From assembly GCA_007134675.1 (NCBI GenBank), contig SLKJ01000087.1, positions 1,172 to 65,171 of the forward strand: a DNA stretch of 64,000 nucleotides, given 5' to 3'. Every line of letters starts with the position of its first letter. The first letter of the stretch is position 1. Source of the stretch: Bacteroidales bacterium (GTDB lineage: Bacteria; Bacteroidota; Bacteroidia; Bacteroidales; PUMT01). Below, piece by piece: positions 57,785 to 64,000 of the stretch. The notes under the pieces are model-generated. The model did no database searches and had not been told where the DNA came from. It saw only the letters and a program-made list of their open reading frames with translations. The position numbers were made by a program, and so were the translations under genes.

Positions 57785-59609
57785 TAATACTGTTCAGCAT
57801 AGCTTCTGTTTCGGAAGCACCTTCCCCGAGAAGGAAACCTATCTGCTGAACCAGTCCCAGATTCTTGTCAATAACATCTGTCACCCTTTTTATTACCTCC
57901 TCTTTTCGAACTTCAGGAACGTATAAATCCCTAATAACAGCACCAACAATTTTGTTTTTCCGGATGGTGAATATTGAGACATTATAGAGGATATCATTAA
58001 AATGCACATCGCGGTTAACAATATTATCGTCATGGCTGAGAACGTATGAAAACAGATTATGGAAGTTGTAGGGCAGTAATGTTTTGAGATCGGCACCCTC
58101 CAGTCCGGGTATAACATCCTCTATGACTTTTACCTCTTCGTCCAGAATATTGATAAAGCTTTTATTTGCCTGGATCACCTTAAGGTCACTATCCACCAGG
58201 ACAACGCTTGATGGGAGCTTCTCAAGCATAGTGCGGGTTGTTTCGAAGGATTCCCTTGCAAGTTGCTGATCACGTCTTGCATTTTTTTCTGACTTTTTAA
58301 GAGCTGACTGTGTCTCTGCAAGTTTCTGGTTTGTCTCCCTGAGGGTTTTAATATAGTCATGACGGTTCTTCAGTGTGAAGGTAAGGCACATCTCTGTCTT
58401 GGCGAGTCCCCGCGCCACTGCAACGGCAAAATCCCGGCAGGAAGGGTAGCCGCAGGATGCGCAACCTATTTCATCAACATTATGTTCTTTTCCAATCATC
58501 TGCAGTATTTCCTGTATTTTTTCCTCATCGGGGTAGGGTAGGCGCTGGTCATCTTTGACAAAATTTCTTGAGAGGTCGAGGGTGCTGAATTCATTCATAT
58601 CTTTTTCCCATTTCTTAAGGTCGAAATCCGCCAGCCTTTTTTTGGCGTAAGCCACTACGAGTGCGTGACGGAGATATTTTTCTCCACCCCTTGAAGTCCC
58701 CGGGCCCATTAAACACCCTTCATTATAAAAAAGATTGAAATGCTTTTTTATTGAGTCTATATTATTTTCAAACTGCCTGACAGCTTCCAGCATATTATTC
58801 CTGCCCTCTGCGGTGATAACATTACCTGTCAGAAGGTGCTGGTCAATATCAGAGGCTTCGAGTATCCCCGTGCTTACAGGGTAAAGGGAGCCTTTATATC
58901 CTATAGGAGGATCAAAATCGGAAAACTCTACTTTCTTTTCAGTGATATTGTATTCTGAGAAAAGTTCCCTCAGCTCGGTGAATGTCAGCACCGAGTCCAC
59001 TCTGCCATCATCCCTTTGTTTTTCTCCCTCTTTTTTAGTTTCAATGCAGGGGCCGATATAAACAACTTTCACATCTTTACCGTATTTCTTTCTCACCACT
59101 TTAGTTGTTGCTATCATCGGAGAAACTAAAGGGGCAAGATTATCAGTTAGTTCGGGATGAAATTTTTCAATATAGGAAACGACCGAAGGACAATTTGCAG
59201 TTATGTAATATTTCCCTTTGAAATCTGCAAAAAGTTCCTTGTATCTGCGGGCCACGAGGTCTACTCCGAAGGATGCTTCAACCACATATTCGAAACCGAG
59301 TGCCCTTATCATTTCAACAAACTTCCTGTAATCTGTAATATCATGAAATTCTCCGGAAATACTTGGTCCGCAAACTGCAGCAACTTTATATTCAGATCTT
59401 AGCAGATCTTTGGCCTCCTCTTTTGAATCCTGATAGCTGATGGCAGAGGGAGAACAGACTTTCAAACAGTGACCGCAACCTATACATGCATTGTGCATAA
59501 CTTCCGGATAGTCCATATGTGCTTCTACTTTAATGGCATTTACCGGGCAGATCCTTACACAGGAATAGGAAAGGTTGCATTTGTTGTTGTCTATGTTTAC
59601 AAGAGCCAT
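57738..59609 (-). CDS. hydS: HydS-like sensory [FeFe]-hydrogenase homologue (2x[4Fe-4S] + H-domain + Cx2Cx4Cx16C + PAS)
   Basis: The N-terminus has CIGCGHCLKVCSP plus a second Cys cluster. The H-domain-like motifs are TANCP and GPCIETKKE. It also has C383-x2-C386-x4-C391-x16-C408 and a C-terminal PAS-like segment. Confidence 0.75.
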   Translation of the reverse strand: MALVNIDNNKCNLSYSCVRICPVNAIKVEAHMDYPEVMHNACIGCGHCLKVCSPSAISYQDSKEEAKDLLRSEYKVAAVCGPSISGEFHDITDYRKFVEMIRALGFEYVVEASFGVDLVARRYKELFADFKGKYYITANCPSVVSYIEKFHPELTDNLAPLVSPMIATTKVVRKKYGKDVKVVYIGPCIETKKEGEKQRDDGRVDSVLTFTELRELFSEYNITEKKVEFSDFDPPIGYKGSLYPVSTGILEASDIDQHLLTGNVITAEGRNNMLEAVRQFENNIDSIKKHFNLFYNEGCLMGPGTSRGGEKYLRHALVVAYAKKRLADFDLKKWEKDMNEFSTLDLSRNFVKDDQRLPYPDEEKIQEILQMIGKEHNVDEIGCASCGYPSCRDFAVAVARGLAKTEMCLTFTLKNRHDYIKTLRETNQKLAETQSALKKSEKNARRDQQLARESFETTRTMLEKLPSSVVLVDSDLKVIQANKSFINILDEEVKVIEDVIPGLEGADLKTLLPYNFHNLFSYVLSHDDNIVNRDVHFNDILYNVSIFTIRKNKIVGAVIRDLYVPEVRKEEVIKRVTDVIDKNLGLVQQIGFLLGEGASETEAMLNSIIESYKMPEKPGDDGE

Positions 59610-59610
59610 A

Positions 59611-59865
59611 CTATTTTTCTATGTTCAGTGTTCGGTTGAGTAACTCTAACATATCTTCAGGATTAACTCCCTCGAATATTTTATCTCCTATTTTCAGTAT
59701 GGGGCCTTTATCGCATTTGTCAAAGCAGCGGCTTCCGCGAAAGAAAAATTTCTCCTCAAGTTTGTTGTCTTTAAGAAACTTTTCTATTATGCCCATGCAT
59801 AGTCTGTTTCCTCTCGAGAAGCATGAGCTGCCCAGGCAGATTACTATTTCCTGTTTATCATCCAT
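59611..59865 (-). CDS. Thioredoxin-like [2Fe-2S] ferredoxin (NuoE-fold) small protein
   Basis: It is 84 aa with CLGSSC (Cx4C) and CFDKC (Cx3C). Its stop codon is 1 nt from the hydS start. Confidence 0.75.
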   Translation of the reverse strand: MDDKQEIVICLGSSCFSRGNRLCMGIIEKFLKDNKLEEKFFFRGSRCFDKCDKGPILKIGDKIFEGVNPEDMLELLNRTLNIEK

Positions 59866-59959
59866 AATACCGGATCACTTTTTCTGAGCACAAATCAACA
59901 AAAGCCTGATTATAAAGCAAAAATAATACTTTTTTCATTCAAAAACATGTCATTATTTA

Positions 59960-59977
59960 TTGTTAATTTAGTAACAA
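59960..59977. promoter_or_regulatory. Rex-type operator candidate TTGTTAATTTAGTAACAA
   Basis: This 18-bp palindrome matches TTGTTAA-N4-TTAACAA at 13 of 14 arm positions. It sits in the divergent hydS/hydCBA intergenic region, about 85 nt from hydC and about 95 nt from the [2Fe-2S] gene. Confidence 0.45.
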
Positions 59978-60061
59978 TGTTTGTAAAGTAACAATATTTT
60001 TTTGTAAAATTGTGTTTTATAACCACTGGTGATTTAATAACCTTGTTTAACATAAATTATT

Positions 60062-60526
60062 ATGGATGATCAAACTTCTGTAATACTGTCAAGGTATCCC
60101 AGGGGGCATCGTGATTGCCTCATTCCTATATTACAGGATATTCAGCAGGAGTACGGCTATCTTTCAGAGTCCTCCGTCACTGAAATAAGCAGATACCTGG
60201 GTTTACCATCAAGCAAGATATTCGGACTTGCAACTTTCTATAATCAGTTTCGTTTTGAGCCCAGGGGGCGTTTTCATATCCGTATTTGTCACGGAACATC
60301 ATGCCATGTAAGTTCTGCATCAGAAATCATCAAGGAACTGGGAAAAAAACTCAGGATAGCTCCAGGGGAGATTTCAAGGGATGGAATGTTCAGCCTGGAG
60401 CTGGTTGCCTGTATGGGAGCATGTCATTTGGCCCCGCTTATGCAGGTTAATGATAATTACCACACTAAACTTGATTCCGGCAGCATCAATGATATAATAG
60501 ATTCATACATTGAAGGGGAGGATTAA
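60062..60526 (+). CDS. hydC: NuoE-like [2Fe-2S] subunit of NAD(P)H-linked [FeFe]-hydrogenase
   Basis: It has CHGTSC and CMGAC motifs and is 154 aa. Confidence 0.88.
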   Translation: MDDQTSVILSRYPRGHRDCLIPILQDIQQEYGYLSESSVTEISRYLGLPSSKIFGLATFYNQFRFEPRGRFHIRICHGTSCHVSSASEIIKELGKKLRIAPGEISRDGMFSLELVACMGACHLAPLMQVNDNYHTKLDSGSINDIIDSYIEGED

Positions 60527-60528
60527 TC

Positions 60529-62481
60529 ATGTCTTTAAAAACTCATATACCTGTTGAGAAAGAGTACCTTGTGAATAATGTTCTTTTGAATGAATCTGCA
60601 GACCTTCCGGCCGATGTTGATAAACTGCTTAAGCTTGTGTGCCGGGAAAAAGTGAAGTATCCGGTAATTTTTATTGGGACCGGAAGTTGCGGACTGATTT
60701 CCGGTGCCGGGGAGACACTGTTTGAAATAAACAAGTATTTATCCGACAGAAACTTAAAGGCAGATGTGGTTGAGACCGGATGTGCGGGATATTGCTCTAT
60801 GGAGCCGGTGGTTGGAGTACAGTTACCCGGGAAGACCAGGGTCTCATTTAAAAATATCACTTCAGAAAAACTTGCTTTTATACTTGACGGTATGTTCAAC
60901 AGCATAATTCCGGAGGAGCATGTACTGGGGCAGTACAAAAGTCCATCTCTTGAATTGTGGAAGGATGTTCCAATTATCAGTGAGCTTTCTTTTTTCTCGA
61001 TGCAATACAGGAACCTTATGAAAAACTGGGGCCGTATCAGTCCTTTCTCCATTGAAGAATACATTGCAACAGGCGGATACAGGTCTTACCTGAAAACTAT
61101 AAGTAATTATACCCATGAGGAGGTTTGTGATATAGTTGAGAAGAGCGGTCTCCAGGGCAGGGGGGGAGGTGGATTCCTCACGGGGAAGAAATGGAAAGTT
61201 GCTCATACTGTTATGGCCGACCAGCGCTACCTGGTTTGTAATGCTGATGAGAGTGACCCGGGAGGTTTCGCTAACAGGGCAATGATTGAGAGTGATCCGC
61301 ATCGTCTGCTTGAGGGTGTTATAATTGCTGCATATGCAATAGGGACCTCAAAAGCATATATATATATCAGGAACGACTACAGGAATGCGATAGAGAGACT
61401 GGAGAAAGCAGTTGATAGTGCCAGGGATTACGGTCTTCTGGGACACGACGTATATGGCAGTGGTTTTAACATAGATGTGATTATCAGAAAAGGCCCCGGT
61501 GCGTTCGTATGCGGAGAAGAGACAGCCATGATAAGCAGCATTGAAGGCAAACGTGGTATGCCCAGACCCAAACCACCATATCCTGCTGTATCCGGGCTTT
61601 TTGGCAAACCGACGGTTGTGAATAACGTGGAGACTCTTTCAAATATTCCCGCAATCTTTGAAAACGGTCCGGACTGGTTCATGTCACTGGGCAATGAAAC
61701 ATCTCCTGGTACCAAGATGCTTGTTCTATCAGGGAGGTTAAACAACCAGGGAATAATTGAGGTACCTTTGGGTACCAGGGTAAAGGATATCATTTTTGGA
61801 GCAGGTGGTGGAATACCCGGGAAAAAAAGGTTCAGGGCTGTCCAGGTTGGAGGTCCTTCCGGTGGATTTCTTACAGGTGATAACATTGATATCCCCTATG
61901 ACTTCGATTCCCTTGCATCAGAAGGTGTCTATATGGGATCGGGTGGCATGGTAGTACTTGACCAGGATTGTTGTATAATAGATACCGTAAAATATTTTAT
62001 GGATTTTATTCAGAAGGAGAGCTGCGGTAAGTGCATACCCTGCCGGGAAGGTACACGCCGCATGCTTGAAGTTTATGAGAATATAACAAAACGGCCTCTG
62101 GATGAAAACGGCCATACCACGCTTGAAAGGTTTAAGGGAGTGATGCAGCTTGAAAGTCTTGCCAGTGTCATAAAAGATACCTCTTTATGCGGACTCGGAC
62201 AGAAGGCTCCCAATTCTGTTATAAGTTCATTGAAATATTTTCGTAGTGAATATGAGGAACATATTTTTGACAGGAAATGCAGTGCTGGTGTATGCAAGGA
62301 ACTGAGGTTGTTTTATATTGACGTCGAAAAGTGTACGGGTTGTACGGCCTGTGCACCAAAATGCCCCGAGTCAGCAATAATAGGTACAAAGCATCACCCG
62401 TTTTTTATTGTCGAAGAGAAATGTACTGGTTGCGGTATATGTTATGATGTTTGCAAATTTAGCGCTGTTCTGGTAAAATAG
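60529..62481 (+). CDS. hydB: NuoF-like flavoprotein subunit of [FeFe]-hydrogenase (FMN/NAD(P)H binding, extra Fe-S domains)
   Basis: It has GRGGGGFLTGKKW (FMN), ESCGKCIPCREG (N3 cluster), an N-terminal thioredoxin-like Cys region and two C-terminal CxxCxxCxxxC ferredoxin motifs. Confidence 0.9.
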   Translation: MSLKTHIPVEKEYLVNNVLLNESADLPADVDKLLKLVCREKVKYPVIFIGTGSCGLISGAGETLFEINKYLSDRNLKADVVETGCAGYCSMEPVVGVQLPGKTRVSFKNITSEKLAFILDGMFNSIIPEEHVLGQYKSPSLELWKDVPIISELSFFSMQYRNLMKNWGRISPFSIEEYIATGGYRSYLKTISNYTHEEVCDIVEKSGLQGRGGGGFLTGKKWKVAHTVMADQRYLVCNADESDPGGFANRAMIESDPHRLLEGVIIAAYAIGTSKAYIYIRNDYRNAIERLEKAVDSARDYGLLGHDVYGSGFNIDVIIRKGPGAFVCGEETAMISSIEGKRGMPRPKPPYPAVSGLFGKPTVVNNVETLSNIPAIFENGPDWFMSLGNETSPGTKMLVLSGRLNNQGIIEVPLGTRVKDIIFGAGGGIPGKKRFRAVQVGGPSGGFLTGDNIDIPYDFDSLASEGVYMGSGGMVVLDQDCCIIDTVKYFMDFIQKESCGKCIPCREGTRRMLEVYENITKRPLDENGHTTLERFKGVMQLESLASVIKDTSLCGLGQKAPNSVISSLKYFRSEYEEHIFDRKCSAGVCKELRLFYIDVEKCTGCTACAPKCPESAIIGTKHHPFFIVEEKCTGCGICYDVCKFSAVLVK

Positions 62482-62508
62482 TTCTGGTAGGTTTAAATAA
62501 TCGAAATT

Positions 62509-64000
62509 ATGATAGTACAGATAGAGGTAAACAATAAAATCATTAAAGCGCGAAAGGGAGAGACCATAATGTCTGCTCTCAGTTCAGCCGGAATAATGAT
62601 CCCCTCCATATGCTCGATGAAGGATTTCACTCCTACCGGAGCCTGCAGGATGTGTGTTGTTGAAGTTGAAGGAAGGCAGGGCCTGGTTCCTTCCTGTTCC
62701 CAGCCTGTCAGTGAATGGATGAATATAAAAACCCATTCTCCCAGGGTAGTGAAATCGAGAAAAACAATAGTAGAACTGCTTCTGTCCAATCATCCCGATG
62801 ATTGCCTTTACTGTGAGCGCAACGGCAACTGTGAGCTGCAGATCCTTGCCGAAGAGCTTAATGTGAGGGAGAGGCGCATTATGGGTAAAAAGAATAAATA
62901 CAAACTTGACCACTCCAGTCCCTCGATTGTCCGCGATCCCGCCAAATGCATACTTTGCGGACGCTGTGTGCGTGTATGTGAAGAGAAACTTTCGGTATTT
63001 GCAATTGATTTTGTCAACCGGGGAAACAGGACTCTAATAGGAACAGCATTTAACAAGGACCTTAACTTTTCAAGTTGTATAAATTGCGGACAATGCATAA
63101 TGGTTTGTCCCACAGGAGCCTTGTTTGAGAAAGACAGTTTACCAGAGATCGAAGATGCCCTCAATAATCCGGAAAAAACCGTAATTGTTCAATACGCACC
63201 TTCGGTTGGTGTTTCCCTGGCTGAGGAGTTTGGAATCAGGCAAGGTAAGGATATTAGCGGATTGATAAATGCGGCCCTGAGAAAGATTGGATTTGACAGG
63301 ATATTCGATACTGCTTTTGCTGCCGATATAGCAGTTGTTGAGATGGCGAACGAACTGCTGTCCCTGAAAGGCAACAAAGACAGACGGCCTCTTATTTCTG
63401 GCAGCTGCCCGGCCTGGGTGAAGTTTGCCGAACAGTGGTATCCGGATCTTCTTCCGGCAATGTCATCATGCAAATCACCACAGCAGATACTGGGAGCAAT
63501 TCTGAAATCCCGGTATCCCGGTGTATCCGGTATAGATGCTGCTACTGTCTATTCCGTAGCTGTGGCACCATGTACTGCAAAAAAGTTTGAAGCACAGAGG
63601 GAAGAGATGACCAAAAAGGGACTGTCTGATATAGATGCCGTAATTACTACAAGGGAACTGGCCAAGCTTATCAAGCTTTACGGAATTGATATGAACCAGA
63701 TAGAACCTGAAGCAGCTGATGAGCCCTACGGAATCCGTAGTTCGGCAGGTAAATTGTTTGGTGCATCGGGCGGAATGGCTGAAGGTATTATTCGGTCACT
63801 GCCATATGCTGCCGGAGCAAAAGAACCTTCGCGGATAAAATATCAGGAGCTCAGAGGGGGCAGGGGAAGAAAAGAGGCTGAGATCAGGATCGGGAAAACC
63901 ACATACCGGTTTGCTGTCATAAATGGTATGTCGGATGCGGTTAATCTTATTGAGGAGATTCAGGCAGGTAAGTGTGAATACGATTTCATCGAGATAATGG
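62509..64000 (+). CDS. hydA: [FeFe]-hydrogenase large subunit (NuoG-like N-terminus + H-domain), 3' end beyond window; not in ORF track
   Basis: I translated it by hand. The [2Fe-2S] region is C..GACRMC, followed by HPDDCLYCERNGNC and two 4Fe-4S motifs (CILCGRCVRVC, CINCGQCIMVCP). The H-domain contains QYAPSVGVSLAEEFG, ISGSCPAW and APCTAKKFE, and the window ends at ..DFIEIM. Confidence 0.88.
   Translation, partial: MIVQIEVNNKIIKARKGETIMSALSSAGIMIPSICSMKDFTPTGACRMCVVEVEGRQGLVPSCSQPVSEWMNIKTHSPRVVKSRKTIVELLLSNHPDDCLYCERNGNCELQILAEELNVRERRIMGKKNKYKLDHSSPSIVRDPAKCILCGRCVRVCEEKLSVFAIDFVNRGNRTLIGTAFNKDLNFSSCINCGQCIMVCPTGALFEKDSLPEIEDALNNPEKTVIVQYAPSVGVSLAEEFGIRQGKDISGLINAALRKIGFDRIFDTAFAADIAVVEMANELLSLKGNKDRRPLISGSCPAWVKFAEQWYPDLLPAMSSCKSPQQILGAILKSRYPGVSGIDAATVYSVAVAPCTAKKFEAQREEMTKKGLSDIDAVITTRELAKLIKLYGIDMNQIEPEAADEPYGIRSSAGKLFGASGGMAEGIIRSLPYAAGAKEPSRIKYQELRGGRGRKEAEIRIGKTTYRFAVINGMSDAVNLIEEIQAGKCEYDFIEIM

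Overview
This 64-kb segment looks like chromosome from an anaerobic Bacteroidota-type bacterium. Supporting signs are a 286-aa RpoD, TAnnTTTG-type -7 boxes, an ftsK-lolA pair, DUF4199, CCC-motif and DUF2752 proteins, and a tmRNA tag GEDNYALAA. I call about 57 protein genes, mostly housekeeping or central metabolism: a P-type ATPase, an ActP-like symporter, deoC, pabB, a ROK kinase with an MFS sugar transporter, ftsK, arcC-argF, rpe, rpoD, rho, PFOR, ruvX-def, comEC, tsaC, miaA and gap. I also call two RNA genes, tmRNA (ssrA) and the small SRP RNA (ffs). I did not recognise any tRNA, rRNA, CRISPR array, transposase, integrase or phage gene, so this is largely an ordinary core region. The most interesting locus is at 56.5-64 kb. 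There, a tightly packed operon encodes a thioredoxin-like [2Fe-2S] protein, a HydS-like [FeFe]-hydrogenase/PAS sensor and a PP2C phosphatase. It is divergently transcribed from a NuoE/NuoF/HydA-type (HydCBA) hydrogenase operon, and a near-perfect Rex-type palindrome sits in the shared intergenic region. Both hydrogenase-like proteins carry non-canonical H-cluster motifs. Other points worth a second look:
- a perfect 60-bp element present in inverted orientation at two loci 25 kb apart, each ending in a -7 promoter box
- an O-methyltransferase broken by one in-frame TAA, next to a truncated GLUG-motif gene
- an insertion of roughly 150 aa in the ActP-like symporter
- a DHOD-like gene after PFOR that lacks the catalytic motif
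- an untracked 41-aa lipoprotein ORF
All family assignments come from motif recognition by eye; no searches were run.
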